A program made the position numbers and the translations under genes. Below the pieces are notes generated by a model. The model searched no databases and had not been told where the DNA came from. It saw only the letters and a program-made list of their open reading frames with translations. This document shows positions 40,712 to 49,996 of a stretch of DNA of 64,000 nt, piece after piece (within the stretch, counting starts at the first letter, position 1; every line of letters starts with the position of its first letter). This DNA is from an uncultured Verrucomicrobiae bacterium (lineage in GTDB: Bacteria; Verrucomicrobiota; Verrucomicrobiia; Chthoniobacterales; JAFAMB01), in the NCBI GenBank assembly GCA_963837955.1, contig CAWIPH010000002.1, positions 3,552,001-3,616,000 of the forward strand, in the 5' to 3' direction.

Positions 40712-41820
40712 TACATACTCTGCGTTCGTCGCTGCTTATTGCCCAGAGCGTTTCTTACCAGCAACAGTTCGCTGACATTTTCCGGAGTGAAAAGACCGAT
40801 CAGCCGGCCGGTATTGTCCACGACTGGAAGAGCCGGCGCGCCCGACTTTTGGACCAGTGCCAACGCGCTGTCGAAATTGGTGTTGGGCAAAACTGCAGGT
40901 AATCCGGTCGTCATGACATCGGTCACCGGTGTCTCTGGCCCGGAACGTCGCAAAGCCATTATGAGATTATTTTTTGTCAACAAGCCGGCGAATCCGCCAT
41001 TATCGTCGAGCACTGGGAACTCATGTTGTGACGTCCCCAGCAGCATGTCTATCGCTTCGTTTAACGTCGCTTTTTGATCTAGCGTGTCAAAGCGTGTGAC
41101 CATGGCACTCGAAACCGGCAAACCGGCTGTCATATATCGCATTTGGACGATGGCGGATTCGTTTTCCGCCCCCATATAGATAAAAATGGCAATCAGGATC
41201 AGCGGTATATAGCCCTTGAAGACAGCAATAACGCCCAACGTAAGAGCCAACCCCTGGCCGATTGTTGCGGCGATCTGGGTCGCTCGGATGTACTGCATTC
41301 GGGTAGCGAGCAAAGCCCGTAACACTCTGCCTCCGTCGAGTGGAAAGGCTGGGATCAGATTGAAAAAGAACATCAATACGTTGATCCAAACCAAATACCA
41401 AATTGGATCCATACTTTTTCGGTCAAAAACCGATTCAAGTGTGAGGTTGCCGGTACCAGCAAGAACCAAGATTAAGGCCACAGCGATCACGACGTTCACC
41501 AGAGGGCCGGCTAAAGCTACCACCAATTCCTGCCATGGTTTCTCCGGCATCCGCTCGAGCCGGGCCAAACCACCTAGCGGATGCAATGTAATGTCGACTG
41601 TTGCGATCCCGTAGGCTTTTGCGGCAAAGGCGTGACCCAACTCGTGCAGCAACACGCAAACAAAAACGGAGACCCAGATCAGCACCGCATTCAAGGCACC
41701 GTTGCGATCTCCGGTAGAAGAATAGATAAAGAGAAATCCTACTAGGAGCAGAATGAATGTTCCGACGTGAACTCGAATATCAATCCCGGCAATTCGTGCG
41801 ACCTTAAAGGACCATCTCAT
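40711..41820 (-). CDS. Site-2 protease (M50) with CBS pair
   Basis: HELGH and NLIPAFPLDGG motifs; C-terminal CBS domains. Confidence 0.94.
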   Translation of the reverse strand: MRWSFKVARIAGIDIRVHVGTFILLLVGFLFIYSSTGDRNGALNAVLIWVSVFVCVLLHELGHAFAAKAYGIATVDITLHPLGGLARLERMPEKPWQELVVALAGPLVNVVIAVALILVLAGTGNLTLESVFDRKSMDPIWYLVWINVLMFFFNLIPAFPLDGGRVLRALLATRMQYIRATQIAATIGQGLALTLGVIAVFKGYIPLILIAIFIYMGAENESAIVQMRYMTAGLPVSSAMVTRFDTLDQKATLNEAIDMLLGTSQHEFPVLDDNGGFAGLLTKNNLIMALRRSGPETPVTDVMTTGLPAVLPNTNFDSALALVQKSGAPALPVVDNTGRLIGLFTPENVSELLLVRNALGNKQRRTQSM

Positions 41821-41857
41821 CGGATTTTTGGTTAAATGCTATCGCTAATGTGCACCA

Positions 41858-42139
41858 ATGCGGGCCACACTTAAAGCACGGGTCGTTCCAAACGCGCGCC
41901 GGAGTGAGGTGGCCGGTTTTATGCAAGAGGAGGTCCGAGTCAAGATCCAGGCACCCGCCCACGAGGGAAAAGCGAATGCTGAACTGATTCGATTTCTATC
42001 GGAATTAATCGGTTGTGCGAAATCGAGCATCATAATCAAACGGGGAGAGAAAAGTCGCAATAAAGTAATCGAGATCGAGGGTGTAAGTCCCCAAGAAGTC
42101 TGGCGCAAATTGGGGATCAGGTTCGTTAGTGGCGACTAG
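41858..42139 (+). CDS. DUF167/YggU family protein
   Basis: VVPNA, APAHEGKAN and GEKSRNK motifs. Confidence 0.88.
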   Translation: MRATLKARVVPNARRSEVAGFMQEEVRVKIQAPAHEGKANAELIRFLSELIGCAKSSIIIKRGEKSRNKVIEIEGVSPQEVWRKLGIRFVSGD

Positions 42140-42157
42140 CCTGCTACTAACCAGGAT

Positions 42158-42421
42158 CGGGAGGGCGCACAGCCCGTCCGACATAGCTCATCGGACGTCT
42201 TGGGCAATAAGATTGAGAACTCTGCGACTTCGGATCCTCGTGCGCGCGGATCGCGGGGATCCGACGTCGCAGAAGCGCATTGTCGTTGAGCGTGATGCAT
42301 CGAAAAGCTATGTCGGATAGGCCGCCTTCGTAAACTACGGCGCGCCCTAGAGACGAGTTGACCAAAGGCGCTGGAGTTGGCCGCGACGCAGGCTTTGCGG
42401 AGTCGGGCTGCGATCCCTCCC
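42158..42421. repeat. Composite REP-like doublet with nested modules in both arms
   Basis: Ends CGGGAGGGCGCAC...GCGATCCCTCCC; two inverted TCCGACATAGC...GCGACKTCGGA modules; 42320-42410 matches 63666-63757 in reverse. Confidence 0.8.
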
Positions 42422-42486
42422 TGATATATGGCGACTGTGATAGGCAAAGCGGTGCTTTTAGACACGAATGGCTACACGCTTGGTTC

Positions 42487-42554
42487 CTGAGGCTGGCTTG
42501 TCCGCCGTAGTTTGTGGGTTTTGCGGGAACGAAGGAGGGAGCATCAGGCTACGT
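42487..42554. repeat. REP-like element with inserted module (copy 2; inverted relative to 20975-21043)
   Basis: CTGAGGCTGG-[CTTGTCCGCCGTAG...ACGAAGGAGG]-GAGCATCAGGCTACGT. Confidence 0.75.
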
Positions 42555-42615
42555 TTTCGCCACTCCCAAGGTCTTTGCTCGTTGGCCAAAGAATGCTAGC
42601 TTCCGAACTCTTCGT

Positions 42616-45348
42616 ATGAATTACAAGGAGACACTCAACTTGCCCAAAACCGATTTCCCGATGAAGGCCAACCTCGTCGCGCGGGAACCGGAACTTTTGG
42701 CCAAATGGCAGAATACCGGTGTCTATCGTCAGATCCAAGACCGAAGGAAAGACGCACCCCTTTTCGTTCTCCACGACGGCCCGCCGTTTGCCAATGGCGA
42801 CGTTCATATGGGCACAGCCCTGAACAAGGTCCTGAAAGATCTTATCGTGAAGAGCCGCTCAATGTTGGGCCTCCGGGCACCTTTCGTACCGGGTTGGGAT
42901 TGTCACGGTCTGCCGATCGAATTCAAGGTCGTCAAAGAATCGCGCGGACTCTCCCCCCTCGAGGTACGGCAACGATCTGAACAATACGCTCGAAAGTATG
43001 TCGAGATTCAACGGAACCAGTTTCGCCGCCTGGGCGTTTTCGGCGACTGGGAAAATCCGTACCTGACTCTCGACCCGCACTACGAGGCGGTGATCCTACA
43101 GATTTTTGCGGCTATCGTCGAAAAGGGGTTGGTCTACCAAAGCAAGAAGCCGGTCTATTGGAGTACCGGCGCACAGACCGCTTTGGCCGAGGCTGAGGTT
43201 GAGTATAGAGATCGGCGCGATCCTTCGATCTATGTTGGCTTTCCAGTGGTCTCCGGAAAATATGCTGGCCGCTGCTCTCTCGCGATCTGGACGACGACTC
43301 CCTGGACACTGCCTGCCAATCTGGCCGTAGCGGTGCATCCAACATTCACTTATGTAGTGCAAGAGTTCGCCCATCCGGACCACGAAGCTCGCAGAACGCT
43401 TTTACTCGCAAAAGAGCGCATGGCTGCGTTCACAGAAGCTACTGGTTGGGTCCCTGAAGGAAAACCCATCCAGGAACTCCTGGGAAGCGAGTTGGAGGGA
43501 ATCTCTTATCGCCATCCATTCCTCGACCGCGATGGCGAAATTCTGACCGCGGAATTCGTGACACTCGATGCGGGCACCGGATGCGTTCATATCGCTCCAG
43601 GTCACGGTGAAGACGACTATCAACTCGGTTTGAAGCATGGCCTCCCAATCCTTTCACCGGTGGATGATCATGGACGGTTTACTTCGGAGGTTGGAATTAC
43701 CGAGTGGACGGGAAAGTACGTTTTCGACGCAAATCCCGACGTCATTAAGCTGCTGAAGGAACTGGGCGCGCTCCTGGGGGAACAGACCTTCGAGCACTCT
43801 TATCCGCATTGCTGGCGTTCAAAAACCCCGGTTGTGTTCCGTGCTGTCGAACAGTTTTTCATTCGGATTGATCAGATCAAGGATGACGCATTGGCGGCGG
43901 TCGAGCGGGTCAAATGGCTGCCGAGCTGGGGTCGCAATCGGATGTATTCTACCGTGGAATCCCGCCCGGACTGGTGTATTTCCCGGCAACGAAGTTGGGG
44001 AGTGCCTCTCCCTGCATTCTATCGAAAAGGTAAACCGATCCTCGACGCGGACTGGATCCGGCGAGTGGCGGAATTGGTCCGCGAGCGGGGTTCAAACGTT
44101 TGGTACGCATTGAGTGACGAGGCGATCGCTCAACAATTAGGATTGCCGCCCGGATTAACCAGACGCAATGATACACTCGACGTTTGGATCGACTCCGGTG
44201 TTAGCCATGAGGCGGTATTAAAAACGCGCCCCGAGCTACGCTGGCCTGCGGATGTCTACATCGAAGCGACAGATCAACACCGCGGTTGGTTCCAGTCCTC
44301 TCTGCTGACCAGCGTGGCAATTCATGGAGAAGCTCCGTATCGGGAAGTGATCACTCATTCCTTTGTCGTCGACATGGAAAGCAAGCAGAAGCTCTCCAAG
44401 TCGCAGCAAGGTGCCTACGCGAAACCGACCGAAGCGGAATACTACGTTAATAAGTATGGCGCGGATATCGTTCGCCTTTGGGTCGCCAGTGTCAATTACA
44501 CTGATGAAGTTCCCTTTGGCGAAAAGATGTTCGAGCAGTTGACGGATACCTACCGCCGCATCCGGAATACGCTCCGTATCTTGTTGGCAAATCTCAGCGA
44601 TTTCGATTCGGAGAAGCATCGGTCCAGCCGGCTCACTTTAGTGGATCGATGGTTATTGACGCGCCTGCAGGAATTGACGCGCCAGTGCCGAGAGGCATAC
44701 GAGCGATATGAGTTTCACAAAGTTTACCATGCTCTCAACCAATTCTGCGCCATCGAATTGAGCAGTTTGTACGTCGATATCACGAAGGACCGCATGTATT
44801 GCGACGCCCCGGATTCCCCTCGGCGACGGGCCACGCAAAGTGTCATGCATACGGCCTTTGATCATCTCGTTCGGTTGTTGGCCCCGATCCTGGCTTTTAC
44901 GGCTGAGGAGGCCTGGTCCCATTTTGGCCGAGCGGATTCGGTCCACCTCGAGATTTTGCCGACGAGCGACAGTAAACTGATCGATTCGCAAGCTGTGGCC
45001 GACGTCGAAGCGTTGCTGCGGGCCCGGGCAGTGGTCGCCCAAGCACTTGAATCTGCCCGCCAGCAAAAACAAATCGGCAACAATCTGGAGGCCCAGGTGA
45101 AATTGACTCTGCCGATCGGCGATCGCGTTCATCGGTTGGACCATGAAGAGGTCGAGGAATTCCTTATCTTGAGCCATCTCGAAATCGTGACTCGCGAGGG
45201 CGATCCCATGGCAACAGCGTCGAAAACCAAACGCGTCCGTTGCGAACGCTGCTGGCGTCATCGCCCAATGGTGAACATGATCCCGGCTCATCCCGGACTC
45301 TGTGACCGCTGTGCGGCCGTGATTGACCAGATGGCGATCGAAAAATGA
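42616..45348 (+). CDS. ileS: Isoleucyl-tRNA synthetase (type 1, C-terminal Zn finger)
   Basis: MNYKETLNLPKTDFPMKA, HDGPPFANG, GWDCHGLP, WTTTPWT, DWCISRQR and CERCW...CDRC; followed by lspA. Confidence 0.98.
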   Translation: MNYKETLNLPKTDFPMKANLVAREPELLAKWQNTGVYRQIQDRRKDAPLFVLHDGPPFANGDVHMGTALNKVLKDLIVKSRSMLGLRAPFVPGWDCHGLPIEFKVVKESRGLSPLEVRQRSEQYARKYVEIQRNQFRRLGVFGDWENPYLTLDPHYEAVILQIFAAIVEKGLVYQSKKPVYWSTGAQTALAEAEVEYRDRRDPSIYVGFPVVSGKYAGRCSLAIWTTTPWTLPANLAVAVHPTFTYVVQEFAHPDHEARRTLLLAKERMAAFTEATGWVPEGKPIQELLGSELEGISYRHPFLDRDGEILTAEFVTLDAGTGCVHIAPGHGEDDYQLGLKHGLPILSPVDDHGRFTSEVGITEWTGKYVFDANPDVIKLLKELGALLGEQTFEHSYPHCWRSKTPVVFRAVEQFFIRIDQIKDDALAAVERVKWLPSWGRNRMYSTVESRPDWCISRQRSWGVPLPAFYRKGKPILDADWIRRVAELVRERGSNVWYALSDEAIAQQLGLPPGLTRRNDTLDVWIDSGVSHEAVLKTRPELRWPADVYIEATDQHRGWFQSSLLTSVAIHGEAPYREVITHSFVVDMESKQKLSKSQQGAYAKPTEAEYYVNKYGADIVRLWVASVNYTDEVPFGEKMFEQLTDTYRRIRNTLRILLANLSDFDSEKHRSSRLTLVDRWLLTRLQELTRQCREAYERYEFHKVYHALNQFCAIELSSLYVDITKDRMYCDAPDSPRRRATQSVMHTAFDHLVRLLAPILAFTAEEAWSHFGRADSVHLEILPTSDSKLIDSQAVADVEALLRARAVVAQALESARQQKQIGNNLEAQVKLTLPIGDRVHRLDHEEVEEFLILSHLEIVTREGDPMATASKTKRVRCERCWRHRPMVNMIPAHPGLCDRCAAVIDQMAIEK

Positions 45349-45833
45349 AATTTTTGCTCCTGCTGAGCCCGCCGCTCATTTTGTTGGATCAGCTAACTAA
45401 ATGGTTTATCCAACAAGATATTCCCTACGGTGGCGAAGTGCCGATTATGCCGGGTTTTTTTAGCTTGGTACATGTCAGCAACACCGGAGCGGCATTTAGC
45501 TTACTCCAGGGAAATAATCTGTTTTTCATCATTCTGGCGCTATTGGCGCTTGCCGTTGTAATTTTTTTGCTCGTCCGCGATCAGTGGCAGACCGACCCCT
45601 CACGACGACTTCATTGGACGACCAAAATTTCTTTTGCCCTGCTAGCCGCAGGCATTCTCGGAAATCTCATCGATCGGTTATTCAAAGGGAGCGTGGTGGA
45701 CTTTCTCCACTTCTACATCCGCGATTACGCCTGGCCCTCCTTCAATGTGGCCGATAGCTGCATCTGTGTAGCCGCAGGCTTGCTTATTCTTACTTCATTT
45801 CGGAAGCAGCGACCTGTCGCTGAAAATTCGTAG
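45345..45833 (+). CDS. lspA: Lipoprotein signal peptidase II
   Basis: DQLTK, NTGAAF, GNLIDR, VVDF and FNVAD motifs. Confidence 0.96.
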   Translation: MKFLLLLSPPLILLDQLTKWFIQQDIPYGGEVPIMPGFFSLVHVSNTGAAFSLLQGNNLFFIILALLALAVVIFLLVRDQWQTDPSRRLHWTTKISFALLAAGILGNLIDRLFKGSVVDFLHFYIRDYAWPSFNVADSCICVAAGLLILTSFRKQRPVAENS

Positions 45834-45854
45834 GGTCGCCGCAGACCCACGATT

Positions 45855-46054
45855 GGTAGGGCGAAAGCCTGGGGCGGTCTCAGCCGCGCCGGCTTGAGCC
45901 GTTCGTTTTTCTACCCAAAAATGTCGTTTGGCTCACGTTCGTACCGTCTTGGGTCGTGGACGGCACGGATCGCTCCCGCACCGGCTCAAACCCGGCGCCA
46001 ACCAGACAACGCAGTATCGATTGATTTCCCGGGCGCCGAGGTTTTCGCCCTACC
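45855..46054. repeat. GTAG-type REP pair between convergent genes
   Basis: GGTAGGGCGAAAGCCT ... AGGTTTTCGCCCTACC; same ends as the units at 57287-57497. Confidence 0.7.
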
Positions 46055-46080
46055 AGCCAGGGGTGTCCTGCACGCAACAT

Positions 46081-47445
46081 TCAATTTCCCCCACCCTCCA
46101 CCGCTAATCGCTGCACCAAAGCTAGCGCTTCCGCCCGAGTTTGGATTTCCCCCTCGAGCTGGGCTGTCTGCACTCTCTCTAAAATCTGTCCGAATCGCGG
46201 TCCAGGAGAAAGGCCGAGCGCAATCAGATCATGACCATTCACCAGCGGCGGCGGTATCAATGGCTCTTTCTCGAATTCCTTTTCCTTCTGCAGAAGAAAC
46301 TGAAAGTTCTCTAGATCGCCGTGGCTGCTCAAGCAATCGACTCGGTGTAATTCAAGCTCCAGGCCAAAGTTTCCGCGAGCCATAAAACGACGAAGCTTCG
46401 CCGGACGCATCCTGGGGACATCTTTGAACATCATGTGGGTTCTAACCGCATCCGTTACAGTTTCGATTTCCTGACCAGAAAAGCGGAGCCGCTCCATCAC
46501 GGCCAAACTCATCGCGGCACCCACTTCGTCATGCCCATTGAACCGAATACGACCCTCTGCAGGATCGCACGTCTGGGTCGGCGGTTTCCCGATATCATGC
46601 AGCAACACCATTAAAGCCAGCAACCCGGGGGCATCCGATGGCAGAAATTCCAGCATCCTCCGGGTATGAACGAAAACGTCCCCTTCCGGATGAAATTGCG
46701 GAGGCTGTTCGCAGCCCTTTAGCGCAGCAACTTCCGGGAGGATCTGCTCGAGCAATCCGCTGGCATCCAAAAGATCGAATCCCCGCACGCGGTGAGGGTC
46801 AGCCAGGATTTTCATCAGTTCGTCCCGTATCCGTTCGGGACTTACTACGTGTATTTCTTTCGCATCCCGCCGAAGCGCACTCCAGGTTTCCGCTCCGATT
46901 TCAAATTGTAACGTCGCGGCAAAGCGCACCGCTCGAAGCATTCGGAGGCGATCTTCGGCAAAACGTAGCTGGGCATCCCCGATGGCTCGCACCAACTTTT
47001 TTTGCAAATCCTCACGCCCTCCGACGTAGTCGACTACTCTGTCGGCGATCGGGTCGTAGAACATCCCGTTGATCGTAAAGTCGCGTCTCTGGGCATCCTC
47101 CTCCGCGGAAGAGAAGGTCACCGTCTCGGGCCGTCGGCCATCCAAATAGGCACCATCAGATCGGAAAGTGGCGACTTCAAATTCCCACTCATTTTCCAGT
47201 ACTCGAATAACTCCAAACTTTGCGCCGACCGGAACGGTCCGAGCAAAAAGTTCCTGAACCCGCTCAGGACGGGCATCAGTCGCAACATCGATATCCTTTG
47301 GCCGAAAACCGAGGAGCGCGTCCCGAACGCAGCCGCCGGCAAAATAGGCTAGGTGACCGCGGTCGCGCAAACGTCGAACGACCGATGTCGCCACTTCCAC
47401 CAGCGGGGATGTGTCAAGCAGCTTCGGCAATCTCACTACCTCCAT
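46081..47445 (-). CDS. cca: CCA-adding tRNA nucleotidyltransferase / poly(A) polymerase family with HD domain (true start may be GTG 47400)
   Basis: GGCVRD, DIDVAT, RRDFTIN, EDRLRMLRAVRF, ERIRDE, FHPEGDV and HDIGK motifs. Confidence 0.9.
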   Translation of the reverse strand: MEVVRLPKLLDTSPLVEVATSVVRRLRDRGHLAYFAGGCVRDALLGFRPKDIDVATDARPERVQELFARTVPVGAKFGVIRVLENEWEFEVATFRSDGAYLDGRRPETVTFSSAEEDAQRRDFTINGMFYDPIADRVVDYVGGREDLQKKLVRAIGDAQLRFAEDRLRMLRAVRFAATLQFEIGAETWSALRRDAKEIHVVSPERIRDELMKILADPHRVRGFDLLDASGLLEQILPEVAALKGCEQPPQFHPEGDVFVHTRRMLEFLPSDAPGLLALMVLLHDIGKPPTQTCDPAEGRIRFNGHDEVGAAMSLAVMERLRFSGQEIETVTDAVRTHMMFKDVPRMRPAKLRRFMARGNFGLELELHRVDCLSSHGDLENFQFLLQKEKEFEKEPLIPPPLVNGHDLIALGLSPGPRFGQILERVQTAQLEGEIQTRAEALALVQRLAVEGGGN

Positions 47446-47572
47446 ACAGCAAACGCAAATCGGCGTTGGCTGCTTCGACGGCGGCCGACAACGGCAGTTC
47501 CAGTTCCATATAGATCTGAGTCAAGGCAACGAACCTCTCCTCTTCAGTTAGACGGATGTCTGGCATGTTCAT
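47414..47572 (-). CDS. Small acidic helical protein, 52 aa (not in ORF track)
   Basis: MNMPDIRLTEEERFVALTQIYMELELPLSAAVEAANADLRLLYGGSEIAEAA; SD AGGAGG 5 nt before ATG. Confidence 0.7.
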   Translation of the reverse strand: MNMPDIRLTEEERFVALTQIYMELELPLSAAVEAANADLRLLYGGSEIAEAA

Positions 47573-47608
47573 TTATTCCTCCTATTCTCCGCCGCCCCGC
47601 CGGTTCAC

Positions 47609-47644
47609 AAAAAAAAACCACCGCCGGGATTCAGCGGTGGGTTT
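47609..47644 (-). terminator. Intrinsic terminator (attenuator) upstream of the 52-aa gene and cca
   Basis: CCACCGCUG-AAUCC-CGGCGGUGG followed by U9. Confidence 0.85.
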
Positions 47645-47688
47645 GTCGAAAAGTCTCTAGTTTTCTAGTCGTTTCTGAGCTTACTCCC

Positions 47689-47790
47689 TCACCGCTTATC
47701 GGTAGCGTCGCCACGCGGCGCAACCGAAATACGCCACATCGTCCCCGAGGCGCATTTAAGGTTCTTGGTTTGGTGAGGAATCACAAGCAT
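47689..47790 (-). other. Candidate leader peptide region (33-aa ORF 47689-47790 or 19-aa ORF 47696-47755)
   Basis: Both stop codons fall in or at the edge of the antiterminator strand AGCGGUGAGG. Confidence 0.5.
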
Positions 47791-47798
47791 GGTCCACT

Positions 47799-47827
47799 TT
47801 TATAGAACAGACCGCAGCCGCCCGCAA
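47799..47827 (-). promoter_or_regulatory. Putative sigma70 promoter of the leader
   Basis: TTGCGG-17 nt-TATAAA, 8 nt before ATG 47790. Confidence 0.6.
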
Positions 47828-47997
47828 TAAAAAACTTTTCCAATTGCTGTTATAAGATTTTTTCTCACAGAAAACCAGGCTGGAATAATGAGGTTGCCGT
47901 CGGGCAGAGTCCGACGTAGCATCGGAACATTGTTTAAAGGTCTTCGAATTGCCTGGAAGTGCGCGGTGTCGCTACTTCGACTTCCAGACCGGACCCT

Positions 47998-48210
47998 ATG
48001 GAACCCAAGCCCGCAGCTGATTTTGCGAACAGTGGGAAGCGAACTACCAGCGTGCGCCTGGAGCATCTGGAACGCCTCGAGACCGTCGTTCGTGAATTCG
48101 GGTTCAAAGACCGGAGCCACTTTTTTCAGCTCTGCACGGATGCACTTCTGCGCGCTCATCACAGCGGACAACGCCTAGACTGGCCGCCGCGTTTCGTGAC
48201 TCGCGATTAG
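47998..48210 (+). CDS. Small ribbon-helix-helix-like protein, 70 aa
   Basis: TTSVRL strand, then EHLERLETVVREFG and DRSHFFQLC helices. Confidence 0.55.
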   Translation: MEPKPAADFANSGKRTTSVRLEHLERLETVVREFGFKDRSHFFQLCTDALLRAHHSGQRLDWPPRFVTRD

Positions 48211-48322
48211 TGCGGCGTTGCCTGATCCCGCCGTCGCTATGCGCGGCCTTATCCCTTGGCGGGCGCGCCGTAGCACGAAGGTTGCGTCCTGGCTAAGGCC
48301 AAAACGATGGCTTCGGCCACAA

Positions 48323-48426
48323 CGATTGTGAAAGGTGAGAAGTGATTGGTGAATGGTGGGAGATCTCTGCCGAGAATTTGCCGATAGGAATCCACCACCC
48401 TATCACCGATCACCAACGACACTCTC
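48323..48426. repeat. Dispersed repeat with conserved core and heptamer-like inverted flanks (copy 2)
   Basis: Core GAGATCTCTGCCGAGAATTTGCCGATAGGAATCCACC; left flank resembles the reverse complement of the right flank of copy 1. Confidence 0.7.
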
Positions 48427-48452
48427 TTGACGAGGGTTTGGATTGGGCCACG

Positions 48453-49742
48453 ATGACCCCACCTATGGAGAGAGCCGCACTTTGTTCGCTACCATTTGGA
48501 CCACACCGCCCAGCCGCAAAATTCGCCTCGTTGCTTTTCGCCCCGATATTCATTTTTTGTTCCTTCGCCCAAGCACAAGATCAATCAGGTAAAGCCCCCG
48601 AAGATGACGAATGGGCCGCAACCTGGGGTTGCGCCCCGGCGTTTCCCATCGGACAGGAGCTGGCCAATCAGACGCTTCGCCAGTTTGTCAGAATTAGCGT
48701 AGGAGGCGAACGTGTGCGGATCCGCTTGTCCAATGAAACCGGGACGCAGCCGTTAGTCATTGGAGCGGCACATTTGGCTATTGCTGGGCCGGAGAAGGGA
48801 AGTATCGATCCTTCATCGGATCATGTGCTGACTTTCAACGGTAGCCCAACGATCACCGTACCTCCGGGAGCGCCGGTGCTCAGCGATCCGCTGGATTTCG
48901 AAGTCCGGCCCCTTACGATGCTCGCAGTCAGTCTCTACATAACCCGTGATACGGGCGGCTCGGTGATTCATCCGCTGGGTGGTGCGACGGCTTATCTTTC
49001 CCAATCTGGCGATCAGAGTGGCGCAACGACAATCGCCGACGCTACGACAGTAACCGAACGATATTTTCTGACCCGAATCGAAGTGAACTCACCCAACAAT
49101 GCTGGAACGATCGTCGCCTTAGGCGATTCGATTACTGACGGACGCGGATCGACAGTGGATGCTAACCGGCGCTGGCCCGATCGGTTAGCCGAACGTTTGC
49201 ATGAGCAGGGTCAAGAGCTCGGCGTGGTGAACGCAGGTATCGCCGGGAATCGAATATTGCATGATCTTCCGGAAATGATTTGTGGTCCCAGCAGTCTTTC
49301 GCGCTTCGACCGAGATGTGTTAAGCGTACCGGCCGTAAAATTTGTGATCGTTCTTCAAGGAGTGACTGACATCGGCCATCCCGTGGCCAATGCCCTTCCC
49401 GAACAAGCGGTCAGCTCAGAACAGGTTATCGGCGGCCTAAAACAATTGATTGCTCGCGCACGTGCGCGCCACCTCAAGATTTTTGGAGCCACCCTCCTGC
49501 CAGAGGAGGGTGATGTCTTGCACAACGAGGAAGGTGAAGCGAAACGCAAAGCGGTAAATGAATGGATCCGCACTAGTAAGGCTTTTGATGGTGTCATTGA
49601 CTTCGAAGCTGCGGTCCGCGACCCGGATCATCCGGCACGACTCCGTGCTGAATACGATTCGGGTGATCACGGACATCTCAACGACGCCGGCTATCGAGCG
49701 ATGGCGGATTCCATCGATCTGAAGTTGTTTGCCAAACCGTAG
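48453..49742 (+). CDS. Secreted SGNH/GDSL hydrolase
   Basis: TLRQFVRIS N-domain; GDSITDG, NAGIAGN and DHGH motifs; start 48453 or 48465. Confidence 0.9.
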   Translation: MTPPMERAALCSLPFGPHRPAAKFASLLFAPIFIFCSFAQAQDQSGKAPEDDEWAATWGCAPAFPIGQELANQTLRQFVRISVGGERVRIRLSNETGTQPLVIGAAHLAIAGPEKGSIDPSSDHVLTFNGSPTITVPPGAPVLSDPLDFEVRPLTMLAVSLYITRDTGGSVIHPLGGATAYLSQSGDQSGATTIADATTVTERYFLTRIEVNSPNNAGTIVALGDSITDGRGSTVDANRRWPDRLAERLHEQGQELGVVNAGIAGNRILHDLPEMICGPSSLSRFDRDVLSVPAVKFVIVLQGVTDIGHPVANALPEQAVSSEQVIGGLKQLIARARARHLKIFGATLLPEEGDVLHNEEGEAKRKAVNEWIRTSKAFDGVIDFEAAVRDPDHPARLRAEYDSGDHGHLNDAGYRAMADSIDLKLFAKP

Positions 49743-49922
49743 TCCGGATCCTTCGAGCGCTCGACCATAAGCGCACCGAATTGCCGAGGCTGGAGCATCC
49801 CCATTACCATTGCGCGTAGTCCAGATCCTTGGGCTCCGAATCGAGATCTTGTGTTTTTCGACCCGGTCACTATTTTACGGTTCCTATCGACCCAGCCGTC
49901 GAGGGGTACCAATTGCCCTTAA

Positions 49923-49996
49923 GCGCTCTTAGCTCAGATGGATAGAGCAAGCGATTTCTAATCGCTCGGTCACAGGTTCGAGTCCTGTAGAGCGCG
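49923..49996 (+). tRNA. tRNA-Arg(TCT), CCA not encoded
   Basis: Acceptor GCGCTCT/AGAGCGC, D arm GCTC/GAGC, anticodon arm AGCGA-TTTCTAA-TCGCT, T arm ACAGG-TTCGAGT-CCTGT. Confidence 0.96.

Noticed and set aside
42129..42465. Small ORFs at 42129-42465, 62784-63079, 63533-63853 and 7172-7693
   Set aside because: They lie wholly or partly within palindromic repeat elements or antisense to real genes; no coding support.
47600..47800. T-box riboswitch
   Set aside because: No AGGGUGGNACC-type antiterminator bulge or stem I motifs are visible.
47414..48210. Toxin-antitoxin pair (RHH protein plus 52-aa protein)
   Set aside because: The genes are divergent rather than co-transcribed, and the 52-aa protein has no toxin motif or TM segment.
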